NCBI RefSeq assembly: GCF_006345805.1
Contig: NC_042997.1
Coordinates: forward strand, 70,494,001-70,558,000
Direction: 5' to 3'
Length of the DNA stretch: 64,000 nt
Source: Octopus sinensis
Lineage: Eukaryota
The notes beneath the pieces were generated by a model. It saw nothing but the letters and a program-made list of their open reading frames with translations. It made no database searches and was not told the origin of the DNA. Positions 39,201 to 52,579 of this stretch are shown piece after piece; position 1 is the stretch's first letter, and each line of letters starts with the position of its first letter. A program made the position numbers and the translations under genes.

Positions 39201-41837
39201 TGAAAGAAGAGAGACACCATAACGAAAGTTTTGGCTGACTGTCATCCTGTACTCCCTTTGTTGCTAGCGAAATGGTATATGCCTGCTGTGTGAGCAACTG
39301 GTTGTTTTAACGGCGGAACAAAGAGGGGAATTCCATTATAAAAGTTTTAATCGATTTTCTCTGTAAGTATGGGAACTAAGAAATAAATACTAACCGCATT
39401 CCAATGTATGCACCCGACTCCACATGTGTATCATTTTTCACGCGAATCTACCCAGCCATTTGGCTGTGAATCTCAAGACGAGAAAGAATACAACGATTGC
39501 CCATGTCCAATTTATATTATTATAGATTATAAATGCGCTTATACTCACTAAGGAGAAGTGTTGACACACACGACTTTCTTATATGCAGCTCAAAGGAAGT
39601 GTTTAACGTATGTTAAGTGGAATTATGAAATGGCTCTCAGGAAATTATCTTCAAGGATTTCTTCGGGTAAAATCAATTTATCTCCATATATTAGTGTACT
39701 TTAGTCTGTCAAAATTAATTGTAAAGCGGAACTAAAATGTATAAACATGCACGAAATAACAATACATATTAGAGAAATAACTATTCACAAGAACTGAACC
39801 CTTCTTCAATCAATCTGACCAATGGACACTTCACAGGGGATTCAGGAATCACCAACATTAAACAATCCATTAATAAAAAATAGACACCTTTAAAATTATG
39901 TAACTAAACAGTGATCGCTTATAAGCTTTAACCTCATAAATATAATTATTATTTAAGGAAAAGCCACACGTCCCCGCTTCTACATTTAACACAGAAAACG
40001 CACGTTTGTTTAAAAAACAACACTATGAAGTTATAGTTCTTAAATATAAAAGGAAGAAGTGAGTGTGGACGTTGGTGTAATGGTTAGCTCAATTATTGCG
40101 AATATAAGAGGTATAGATTCGGGTCCCATGTGTACAGAAAACCCACCTTTCTCTTTCGAGGCTTGTATGCCCCAGTATTGGCTTATTTTCTTTAGTCAAT
40201 ACACGGTGATCGCTCGTAAGCTTTAAGCTTATTATTATTTACAGTATTATCACACGTCACCGCTTCTACATTTAACGCAGAAAATTTTTACACCTAGAGC
40301 AATAAGTATTGTGGAGAGGATATCGGCTGCAATCCTCCCATGGAAAATACCGAAGATAATGGCGCATTTCATAAGAAACTCTTTTACAAAAGGTGAGATT
40401 TATTTCGGTTTGAAAAACTCGTCTCTTGTTAACTCAGCGTAGATAAATGCATGTCTTTTCTACTGGAAGGACAGGTTTAGAGATTTGTAAATCGATCATA
40501 GCTTATTCTAAAGCATGATACTTATTTACCGTTAAAATGTGACGGCCAAATAAAATAAGGGTTTAGCGGAGTTACAGAATCATCGTAGATACCCTGGTCA
40601 GATATAATTTCGATATTTTCTATTGAAAAGGAACTCACCGAGACTTGGTTTGTAGAGTGTAAATGTCTGTAAAGCGTGATGCACTGAGGGTAACTAAGTA
40701 TTATATCCATACTTCAGTTAATAGAGAAACAAATTGTAGACTAATTAAAGAAATAAATAGGTTTCTCGGTCTTAAATTTGATTTAATTCTACTATGTAAT
40801 GACAGAAAGAGGGCCACGAGTTTTCGAACTATTCAAAGCAACAACGTTCTGAATCATTGGCAAATTCAGCCAATTCTTTTGATTTACAGTAGTAGGAAAT
40901 TATCACTTTTACATTTGTGTATGTGTACTTGCATGTGTCTATGTATGTCTAATGTTGACATATTTGCAAAGTTTATATATATATTTTCGTTTCGTTGATA
41001 ACTTTACAGTTCAAGTTGAAAATCAAGAATGGCTGTACCTAAATATTTTTTGCTTTCTTTCTCTCCATATCTCCCTCTTTTTCTGTTTATCTCTCTTCTT
41101 GTTTTCTCATTTTGTTGCAATTCCTTTATATATATTCCCTTCCATATTTCCATGTTAAGAAAAAGAGGAAGTAAGAAAGAAAGAAAATATTATTATATTC
41201 ACACTTACAAACGAATGTATCTTTAAATACATGGATGCGATTGTCTTCAGCATAAAAGATAAAATAACATTGAAGTTATATTACATTATTTGATGACTTT
41301 TCTTTAGATATACAATTTGATATATTTCTTACTGGTTATTACTACAGATATTAAAACGGTTTATGACTTTCTTTGTTGATTTTTTTATTACTTACTTTCT
41401 TACTGATATTTTGAGACTAATATTATTTTGTTTTCTAGCTTCCCGTCTTCTTTTAGAAATGTGACTGCATATAAAGGCAAGTAAATGATACAATAATAAG
41501 AGTTTGCTCATAACAAACAGCAGGGGTTAAACTTTTATCTAGTGAGTTTTAGTGACAAGTGGCCATGTTTTATCAATTAAGGAATGCTTGCATTGTATAA
41601 CATCCAGGTGTATGGGACATTTAAGTATTCTTTCAGATAAATTTAAATATATTCATTCACACATTCACTCATTTTATGTGTAAATGTCTAATTACCTATG
41701 TACCTATTGTGTGTGCGTGTGTCTGTCTGAGTATGCATCTCAAGGTGTAAATTTGATATACAATACCAGCTGGTGTTCATCAAACAGACACACACATGTA
41801 CAGATACATAACTTAAATAAATTTATCTGTAAGTTTA

Positions 41838-42173
<336 letters not shown>

Positions 42174-42470
42174 GAGAGAGTGATAAACATATGCACATAC
42201 ATACGTACATAAGTACAAATATACATACATGCATGCATACATACATGCATACATACATACAGAGAGACAGATAGGCGAGTATGTCCATAAATTCAAAACA
42301 AGGTTGGAGAAATACTGAAGGTTGATTATTATGCTTTATATTAAAGCCGCAAAAATCTTAGAGTTCCAGGTTACCGTTCGTCAGACAGTTGTGACGTTGT
42401 GACCGTACAGCAATATTTATATTATGTATGTATGTATATACATATTTATATAAATATGTACTTATACATA

Positions 42471-42503
<33 letters not shown>

Positions 42504-42711
42504 GGGTGTGGGTGTGTATATGTGTATGTGTGTGTGTATGTGTGTGTGTATGTGTGTGTGTGTGTGTGTGTTCGCGCGCATGTTCCTTCAATATAGCTTT
42601 AATATAGCGATAAAGTAAGCATCAAGATTTTAAAAAGTAGTGGAGTCAATTCATTCGGTGCCGCAGCATGCTGGAAGTCTAATCGCTGAGCAAATAAAAG
42701 ATAAAAGATAG

Positions 42712-42770
<59 letters not shown>

Positions 42771-42809
42771 TAGTATAGTATATAGTATATATATAGTATA
42801 GTATATAAG

Positions 42810-43626
42810 TAAGTACCTGGTCTGTTGCCATAGTAATGAAGCTAAAGCACGTAGAGTAAAGCTACTGAGCGCAGAGTGACTTTGACTTATGTTTTAACGT
42901 TCTACCTCACTTCTACTGTTTACAGAAGTACTCGGAAGGAACGTGCGTAGGTTGTGATCGTCGTATTAACCATAACAGAGATTCTGCATCAAATTTTAAC
43001 GAAAGGTTGGTGATACCTGCACAGAGACCTACGCAAAGTTTTCATAGTTCTTGACATGATTAAGATCATCTACAACTGAAACTCGGGCGTCTTCATGGTC
43101 AGCCGAAACCAGTTTTGACACAAACTTGGCAGATACACGTCTCATACACAAATCTTCGGTGATAATGGACTGAACCGAACCGTAACTAATCAGCACATCC
43201 TTACAAAACTCACGGATTCGACAGTTTCTCCTCACGGCTGCACGCACATCTGCGATGTTTTACTCAGTTCTTCTGGTTGCAGGTCTCCCAGAACAGCTCG
43301 TCAATCGGCCATCTTGGAAACGTCTGAACCGCTCGTACACTTGTGTAAGGCTCATACACACCTCTCCAAACACTTTCTACAACTTTGCGTAGGCCTCTGA
43401 GCAGGCATCGCCATGACAACTTGCTCTGTCATTGTCAATGTCACGATCACACGCTACAAACATTTCTTCCAAGCACTGCTGTAAACAGCGGAAATGAGCT
43501 AGATCGCTAAACCTTAGTGCGCATGCACAGCAGAGTTCAAGGTCAATATTTGCCAAGGGGCTTTCCACTGCGTGATTTAGCTTTGTTACTATGACAACAG
43601 CGTGGATACTTATTGATCAGACCTCG
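42810..43626. mobile_element. Rearranged mariner derivative with a 5' end at both termini
   Basis: Right end TA|CGAGGTCTGATCAATAAG. Minus strand encodes the transposase N-terminus (SEAYAKL..QVYERFRRFQDGR..SGRP..MRRVSAKFV). Plus 42810-43040 is a diverged inverted copy of the same 5' region (QRFCIKF..TCTETYAK). Confidence 0.8.
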
Positions 43627-43987
43627 TATATAATATGTATATATATATATATATGTATGTATGCATATATATATATATATATATATAATATATATATAAA
43701 TCTATTTTATTCGTTATATTTCACTTTCCTTCCGTTAAATGTATGCTGATTCTAGTTGGAAACAGATCTTCTGTGGTTGCTTCGGAGCTATTTTTAGCAC
43801 TAGAGTTATCCACATAGTGGTTAACTCTCTAATAATTTATGTATAAATTTGTATTTTCTCCGTAGTTTTTTGTGCTAAGCCACTCGGTGTTAAATTAATG
43901 GTATTATTAAATTAATATCGATTTTTCACCCTCATTTATAAATTTATAAAAAAAATATATATATACATATACACACACACACACACA

Positions 43988-44603
43988 CGAGGGAGAGTCA
44001 AAAATTGTTTGCACTTTTGTTTTTCAAAATATTTACACAAACGCAGGGGATAAACAAGTACATCTTTTTTCTATATAGTCTCATTCAACCATTTATGCAC
44101 CGCTTCTTCCACATCGTCATTCGTAGGAAATCAACGACCTAGTAAACCATCTATGACCGGTTCAAAGATAGTCGGAAGGTGTGAGGTCTGGGATATAGGT
44201 AGGCTGGTCCAGCATCTCAAAGCCCAATGGATTAATGGTTCCAACGGTCTACGCGTTCGTGTGTGCATGTGCATTGCCATGCAACAACAAAACCTTCTTC
44301 GGCAATAGCGTTCCACGTTTGGTGCAAATTATTGGCTTCAGTTTTTTCGCCAGCAAAACACTGGATCTTGCACTGTCGACCGTACACCTCTTTTACAGAG
44401 AAACTGTTCTTCTTTTGCAGACATTGTTAGTGGAGCGGCCATGCTTACATTGTAAAGCCAGAAAAGAAAATGGCACGATCAGGCCCAATCTTTAATCACA
44501 TGGTTACAATAGTACCAACTATAAGCAAGCATGCTCAGAAGGCAGTGTGACTATTATAGAAATATATTATGGCGAAAGGGCGGATAATTTTTGACTTCCC
44601 CTC

Positions 44604-44604
<1 letters not shown>
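43988..44604 (-). mobile_element. Internally deleted mariner
   Basis: TIRs CGAGGG(AG/GA)AGTCAAAAATT at both ends, TA on the right; minus-strand relic of the HDNARPH..HPPYSPDLAP..GRRF..DDVEEAVHKW region. Confidence 0.8.
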
Positions 44605-44646
<42 letters not shown>

Positions 44647-44647
<1 letters not shown>

Positions 44648-45393
44648 TAGCATTAAAGACCCGTCGTTGCCGGGTCATAGTGCTAGTGCATGTATATATG
44701 TGTAGGTATATGTGTACATATTACATGTACATCTATATATATACATCTACACATAAAATGCAAAATACAAAGTTATATCTTGATATCGCTAGTGATAACA
44801 ATACTCAAAATATATAACAGACTGGAATTGTTAGCTCTTCTTTTTTCTCTACATTGTATACTTTATAGACAATAGTCTTTTCTTTAATTTAATTTTTTAT
44901 TATCCATCTGGACTATTCCATTTCTGCACGCTAATGATATTTTTAATTTATTCCCATTCATGTGAAACCACTTATTCAAGTTCAAATCATTATGCAATTT
45001 TATACCAATTGCTATTTTTACTTTTGTATGTTACAATTATATTATACTTTAGTTTGATTTTAATTATTACTTACTACATATAATTCAATTGTTATTATTA
45101 TTTTTATTGTTAAAGTGAAAGCATCTGACATAAAATAGAGAAATATTTTTGTTTCACTTTTAACACGTAATACTGAAATAATGGAGAAGATATGATATTG
45201 CTATGGGCTCGCTCTAGGCAAGAAGTTGAACGTTTTTTTTGCCATGAAACTACATGGACCCTAAGTAAGGCATGTGTAAAATTTGAATGAAATTGGTTGT
45301 GTAGTTCTCAAGTTTTAGGGAAACACACAGACAGACAGACAGATAGACAGACAGACAGACAGACACACATTCTCAGTTTTATATATATAAAGA
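44647..45393 (-). mobile_element. Non-autonomous Helitron with both termini
   Basis: Minus strand: A|TCTTTATATATATAAAACTGAG 5' end, (CTGT)n, GACCCG/CGGGTC hairpin (44658-44676), CTAG|T 3' end; inserted between A and T. Confidence 0.85.
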
Positions 45394-45405
45394 TATATAT
45401 ATATA

Positions 45406-45600
45406 TAACGGGAAGCTTTATGAAAATAGACAAAAGACGAAGGCAGGTTTACGGAAATAAACAAAAGACGAAGGCAAGTGGAATACAAACAAACAGTTGT
45501 ATTAGTATGGCGCTCAGGAAATATAAATAAAACAAGTCTTTAACGTTTCGAGCCTACGCTCTTCAACAGAAAGATACACAGAGAAAAAACAGAGAAATAT
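45406..45600 (-). mobile_element. Short Penelope-like terminal-repeat-type element carrying a hammerhead-like motif
   Basis: Near-identical to 52105-52305 (taacgggaagctttatgaaaat...gtattagtatggcgctcagga...acgtttcgagcctacgctcttcaacagaaagatacacag). Confidence 0.7.
45537..45574 (-). ncRNA. Minimal type I hammerhead-ribozyme-like motif (A6U variant)
   Basis: RNA: UCUUU-CUGUUGA-A-GAGC(GUAG)GCUC-GAAA-CG-UU-AAAGA. Stems I and II pair perfectly; stem III is the self-complementary ACGU. Confidence 0.6.
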
Positions 45601-45704
45601 ATATATGCGTATGTAGGTATATATATATACTTATAAAATAAGGATATAATTATAAAATGATTATATCAGTAGCCTAGCACTGAAAAATGACCGTATGGAA
45701 AAAT

Positions 45705-45831
45705 GACCACATGGTTCTGGGTTCAGTCCCACTGCGTGGCACCTTGGGAAAGTGTCTTCTGCTATAGCCCCGGGCCGACCAATGCCTTGTGAGTGGATTT
45801 GGTAGACGGAAACTGAAAGAAGCCCGTCGTA

Positions 45832-45903
<72 letters not shown>

Positions 45904-46127
45904 CGTGTATGTTTGTGTGTCTGTGTTTGTCCCCCTAGCATTGCTTGACAACCGATGCCGGTGTGTTTACGTCCCCGTTACTTAGCGGTTAGACAAAAAA
46001 GACCGATAGAATAAGTACTGGGCTTACAAAAGAATAAGTCCCGGGGTCGAGTTACTCGATTAAAGGCGGTGCTCCAGCATGGCCACAGTCAAATGACTGA
46101 AACAAGTAAAGAGTAAAAGAGTAAAAG
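45705..46127 (+). mobile_element. SINE family 1 with expanded internal (TA)n(TG)n
   Basis: B-box GGTTCAGTCC, caccttggg.aagtgtcttct, ggatttggtagacggaaactgaaagaagccc, tail gactgaaacaagtaaa(gagtaaaa)n. Confidence 0.92.
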
Positions 46128-46197
46128 TATAGGTAACATTAATTTTTAAGGGCTACTTTATAATAATATACGTGTGTGTATATAAATATATATATAT

Positions 46198-46246
<49 letters not shown>

Positions 46247-46295
46247 GTATGTATACATATATACATATATATATATGTATGTATATATATATATG

Positions 46296-46337
<42 letters not shown>

Positions 46338-46386
46338 TATACTTTATTAAAAAGCGCCAAAAATATTTAAAAAAACCTTACTCAGA

Positions 46387-46457
46387 GTTTCAGGTTCCCG
46401 TTCGTCGAGCAGTTTTGTTTTCTAAACAAAATTGTCCGACGAACGAGAACGTGAAAC
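46387..46457. repeat. 71 bp imperfect palindrome whose arms carry hammerhead-like cores
   Basis: Arms 46387-46420 and 46424-46457, about 6 mismatches, 3 nt loop; each strand reads (C/T)CGACGA-A-CG..C(C/G)T-GAAAC. Confidence 0.75.
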
Positions 46458-46637
46458 GTTGTGTAACAGTTTATGTGATATTTTTGCTGCTTTTTAATAA
46501 CTCTACCTCTAGTATTCGAGTACTATCTTTTCCACATTGTTTTGCATTTATGTGTTTCCTTTGATATATATATATATATATATATATACGTTTAAATATT
46601 TATTGGCTAAACTGGCAATATGACGATTCCGAAATAT

Positions 46638-46684
<47 letters not shown>

Positions 46685-46687
<3 letters not shown>

Positions 46688-48215
46688 AGCCTCCTTAAAC
46701 TAAGCTATGACTGTAACTACCCAGACGTTCATGACCTTAGTATATTTTGCCCCACCAGGTCACAAATGGGAAGACCACCCACCATCACCTCGGCAATGAA
46801 GAAGAGTATCGTAGATCAGTGGATTGGCTGGACCAAATCCACCCAAGACCCTGAAAAGAACAGTTAGATGAAAAGAATGCTTCTACATGCAATAGGGGTG
46901 GCATAAGAACCACATAGTTTAACAGGAAACCATACGTGCACGTTCAAGTTAGATTTGATGCCATCTCAAACAATACTGATCAGGTGAGTGGTCAGATCAC
47001 TAAAACTGTTGTAGGAGTCACTACTTCCAAGAGGTTTATTTCGTCACAAATTCATATTTAAAATGTTTAACTAATACTACATCTAGTTTTGATGCATAGA
47101 TTAGGGATAGGGTTAGAGTGTGGCTGGAAAATTTAAACAATCTTCAGTGGAACAATCTACAATTGCTTAGCTTCACTGTGAGTATGTAGGTGACATTAAT
47201 ATTCTAGTTAGGACAAATTGTAGTAACTGAACTGTAGAAACCGAGAGGAGCATAATGGAAAAACTTCCAGCGTGTAGCTTACTCCATTCACAAATGTGTC
47301 CTACACACCGACCTTAATACTGAACTTTGGTTACAATGAACAACAGAGCGCAGCTCATCCATTCCTATTACGTGAAATCTATAGCTTCTAAGTATGTTGT
47401 TCAGCTTTGTCATACAACTTAAAAATCAACATACGCTAGCAGACTTAGTAAGGATAATGATCAACCTGATCCCACTATGCGAACCCTATGAAACAAAGAA
47501 ATATGTAAAGAATTTCATGCACCGCATGCAATTCTTTGGATATTACCAGAAAGATAGTATTCGGGTATACTGAGGAGGTAGAAAGGAGTTAGATATAATT
47601 ATATGTAATGAAATCATTGATATCTGCTCTAGATATAGAAAAAAGATTGGAATAAGATACAAAGTTTTTGTGACAAAGCAGAGTGAACACTGGTACAAGA
47701 CCGACAAATATCAAGGAGAGATGTTTGTAGAGGTCACAGCCTATGCAGAACTAGCCCGAAGATTTAGGAAAGGTCTGAAGGAGGGTCAAACCCAACATCA
47801 TTGAAAAGCCAGGAAACTCAGATCACAACTACGTAGGACGTATATGAATACTATGAGAATACCACAAGCACCAATGATAACTGCATGGTATGTAATATTA
47901 ACCCTGCCTTTAACTGTAGAACTAGAAATGCAGTCTAAAGCATAAGGTGCATAGAGGGTACTTGTAAAGACAAAAACATGATATACATAGGTGAGATATC
48001 TAGAAGAACTGGGAGCAGACTAAATGAAAATTTGAGACAATATGCCGATAAAAAGCAATCCTCTATACTCTACCAACATGCCAAATACCAGCATGGAGGC
48101 ATACTGGGTCAACATCAACATTTTATCCAAGCACCCGAATCACCCAACACTCAGACATGTACAGAGGTACGTCCTCATAAATGAAACATCCCAGTAATAA
48201 ATAGGAAATATACAT
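46685..48215 (+). mobile_element. Degenerate Penelope-like element (RT relic plus GIY-YIG endonuclease)
   Basis: C-terminus: C..CNINPAFNCRTRNAV.SIRC..YIGEISRRTGSRLNE..S.LYQHAKYQH..HPTLR..INE..P.INRK; upstream LSYDC.YP and NH...FK relics. Confidence 0.75.
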
Positions 48216-50822
48216 AGTATATATGATCTGTGTATATATAAATTATGCATATATATATATATACTTAGTATATATAAACTGTGTATATATAATTTGTGGA
48301 TATAAGCCATACGCTAAAATCCACAGTTTAAATATACACAGGTAGAGTTGTTAGTAGGCTATTATGTAGACTATATACATATATGTGTGTGCGCACACAC
48401 GCGTGTGTGTAGGTTAATGGCTATGTAAGTAAACAGTTAGATGAATACAAACATACATATGTAATACGGACAGACAAGCATACACACGCATATACACATA
48501 CATACAAACGCACACATATAAACTCACATACATAGACATACAAACACACAAGCATGAACACACAAACACATAAATATGCAGAACACATACATGCATAGAA
48601 ACCTACACACATATATATATGCATACACACATACATGCCTACACACTTTCATACATTCATACATATGTACATATGTGTATTCATATGCACACTGACGCAC
48701 ACACATGCGCACAAGCAAACAAACAAACAAAATGAACGCAGCTCTGATAACGGACAGAATCAGCGACTTTAGAACAGGTTGCAAGACGCAACGAAAATTT
48801 TAGAACAGGTAATTTTAGAACAAGTAAATGAGTGGAAATCGAACCGATAAGTGTGTATTTAAAGTCAACAATCTGGAGTTAACATAACTATATATATATA
48901 TATATAATTTAAACATTACCAATCCGATTAGAATACGAAGAATACGGAGCCTCATTCGTATGTTTTGAATTCGTTAGTACTGGATGTTGAAAATAGTTTG
49001 TCTGATGTTACTTGAATCGGATAGGTGTGTTCAATTTTTTCAGTGCTCTCTAATTTGAAATATTGAAATCTTTGTGCTGATGAAGAGAATAATAGAATGG
49101 AGATGTAATTCTCGCATCTCCATATCTATTTAACTCAGAAACGCGTCCACAAGTAATCAAATGCCGGGTGAATTTTCGTTATTTTTCCCTCTATACCTAC
49201 GTGAATTGTTTTTGAGTATATATTGTCTGTGAGATTCTTCTTATAGTAGAAGAAATAGCTAAGTTCTTTGACTGCTATTTCTAAAAGTTCGGTATGTGGC
49301 AAAGCAAATTTTTTTATGAACCCTAATTATAATTATACTCGTAATTATATAAAGTAATGTTTAAGTTTACCGTAAATGGTCCTTTTAACATGCCGAACTC
49401 TACTTGGTAGAATTGTTAATTACTAATTAATTAATTAATTTTATCCTTTATTATTATTGATTATATTGAAACAGTCTTACAAACGGCTAAACTATTATAG
49501 TCTTTCTGTATTCTATAATTTGTCTTTTGTGCTCCTTGTAATATATTAGAAACCAAACTATGTTTATCTACCTCACTGTCTACATAACAGCTCGATTTTG
49601 GATCACTCTTATAGCCATTTTCATAGCAATGGGCCCGGCCTCGTTTGAGAAAGTCGGAATTTAGTTCTCATTAATTTGAATTCATTTTAGCGTAAATTTG
49701 TGTCATCTGTACCGAGCAGCTTATTATATTCTTATCCAATCTCTCTCCCTCTCTCCCTCCCTCTCTCCCCCCTCTCTCTCTCTTTATATATATGCGCAGT
49801 TGTGAATGCCTATATATGTATTTCTGTATCCTATATAACAGAAAAGATTATTCTCGAAGAGTTTTCTTCTCTAAATAAGCAACCTATAATTCTGAGAGAA
49901 TATATGCTGCGCTCAAGATTTGCTTACAGGTCGACACATATCCACATTGTTGTCTCATTAATGTTTATCGTAAAAGAAAAAGAAAATTGATAGGCGTTCC
50001 ATACAATAATGTCCCGTGAACCTGTTCAGCAAAAGGAAGAATAAGAACAAATATTTAATTGCTAATAGTCAATGTCATAAACGTTAGTTAATTGGTTTGT
50101 TTGTTTGTTTGTCGGTTGGTTGGCTGGTATATAAACTTTCTCCAGCCACAATATAGTATGAGGTGAGAAATTAAAAAACTAAACAGCTTACATTCTTTCT
50201 CTAAATGAGCAAAACATATTTTAATTGTATGCGTCAAAGTTTTCACCTAAACTCTTTCAAAAAACTACAAAAGGGAAGAAACTAAGAATGGAAATTATCG
50301 GAGATTAGTACAAGAAAGAAAAAGAAACCAAAGAGAAAGGTTAATCCGATAGAAGTGAAAATATAATTATTCCTAATTTTACTTTGGGGCCAAAGTTAAC
50401 CAAGTTTACCTACACGCACTTTACTGGATAACGCCAGTAAAGATATATCAGTGGCAATTACCATCACTCGTTTATACTTCCACAAATATACTCTTACTAG
50501 ATATAATAATAATTTCAGCTTCTCTGAACTCTGTAATTGCACATAAATAGTTCCCATTTGAGTCTAAATTCTAATAATTATACTGAACAATTCTGACAGA
50601 TGATGATTTGTAAAGGATTGGAATATTAGAATAGTGAATAATTAGAAAATAGTTTAATTTACTGATCCTCTATCGAATATATTTTTCCAAAATTTCCTAG
50701 ACAAAATATATAAGGCCCTATAAAGTAAGTTAATAACGACACCACACCATACACATACGGTTATATATACACATACATTAACATCTATATACGTATGGAG
50801 GTATTCATATATTCACTTAGTG

Positions 50823-50984
<162 letters not shown>

Positions 50985-51591
50985 AACTTACTTGGAAAAG
51001 GATGTGTGGTGTTCAATCATATAATAATATAAATAATATATATATGCATAGGAACACAGCCGGTGGTCACGAACTTGTGTTTCTTTCTTTCTTCCTATTT
51101 CAGTTCGACAGGGAAGACGTATTGTTCTCTGTCTCCTGTCCAGGCTTGTTTCTTCGCGTTCGCCACTACAACCTCGTTTAGGCCTAGCAGCCCTTCCTGT
51201 TTGATTTCACTGTCCTGTTTTTTGTCACAATTTTGACCCTCTGCAAGATCGCAAATTTTATTAAATTTGCTTTGCGGGAGCAACTGTTTTATCGAAGGCG
51301 TATCTTGTCGTGAATTGCTCGAAATACGGACTAGAAAAACAACCGACTAACGATAAAGGGTCGTTCCTTGTGATGCTTGTCTTGTTTTCCATTTGATTCT
51401 TTCGTTGCTTGCAAAAAAAGCCTTATTCCATGTCCTCGTACTTCGTATTATTTGTTGTTTATGTTCTGTGACGTCCTATGCCCACATATGCATATGTATA
51501 TACGTAAACTTGTAAGTATGTACGTATACGTATGTTTATATATATATATTAATATATATATGTATATATTATATATATATTATATATATAT

Positions 51592-51984
51592 AGGCGCAGG
51601 ACTGACTGTGTGGTAAGTAACTTGCTTACCAACCACATGGTTCCGGGTTCAGTCTCACTGCGTGGCATCTTGGGAAAGTGTCTTCTGCTATAGCCCCGGG
51701 CCGACCAATGCCTTGAGTGGATTTAGTAGACGGAAACTGAAAGAAGCCTGTCGTATATATGTATATATATATGTGTGTGTGTGTGTTAGTGTGTCTGTGT
51801 TTGTCCCCCTAGCATTGCTTGACAACCGATGCTGGTGTGTTTACGTCCCCGTCACTTAGCGGTTCGGCAAAAGAGACCGATAGAATAAGTACTGGGCTTA
51901 CAAAGAATAAGTCGAGTTGCTCGACTGAAGGCGGTACTCCAGCATGGCCACAGTCAAATGACTGAAACAAGTAAAAGAGTAAAT
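51592..51984 (+). mobile_element. Full-length tRNA-derived SINE family 1
   Basis: taggcgcagga..ctgtgtggtaag (A-box region), GGGTTCAGTC (B-box), body, (TA)(TG) spacer, tail gactgaaacaagtaaaagagt. Confidence 0.93.
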
Positions 51985-52201
51985 ATATATATATGTAAAA
52001 ATATTTTAATCTTCGGATTTTTTTAATATGCTGGGCCACTGGTTTTTATTGATTAATATCAATTTCTACCCTTATTAAATTTTATATATATATATATATA
52101 TATAACGGGAAGCTTTATGAAAATAAACAAAAGACGAAGGCAGGTGGAATACAAACAAACAATTGTATTAGTATGGCGCTCAGGAATATAAATAAAACAA
52201 G

Positions 52202-52239
52202 TCTTTTACGTTTCGAGCCTACGCTCTTCAACAGAAAGA
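52202..52239 (-). ncRNA. Minimal hammerhead-like motif (A6U variant)
   Basis: UCUUU-CUGUUGA-A-GAGC(GUAG)GCUC-GAAA-CG-UA-AAAGA. Confidence 0.6.
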
Positions 52240-52311
52240 TACACAGAAAAGAAACACGGAGAGAAACAAGGAGAGAAAAAAAATGCGTGCAGAAGCTAGC
52301 GAATCAATATA

Positions 52312-52380
<69 letters not shown>

Positions 52381-52479
52381 TGAGGGGGAGAATCCACACA
52401 CACACAAAAACAAAAGTCGAAGACAGGTGGTGTAGAAAACAAACAGATGTATTAGTTTAATGCACCGGAAGTGAAAAAG

Positions 52480-52517
52480 TCTCTAACGTTTCGAGCCTAC
52501 GCTCTTCCACAGAAAGT
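52480..52517 (-). ncRNA. Minimal hammerhead-like motif (A6U variant)
   Basis: CUUU-CUGUGGA-A-GAGC(GUAG)GCUC-GAAA-CG-UU-AGAG. Confidence 0.55.
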
Positions 52518-52579
52518 AATACAGAAAGAAATAGTGAGAGAAAATAAAGAATGTGTAGTTGCTAGCGATATATCATGGC

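Noticed and set aside
47100-47120. ttagggatagggttag telomere-like motif
   Set aside because: Only about two degenerate units; not an interstitial telomeric array.
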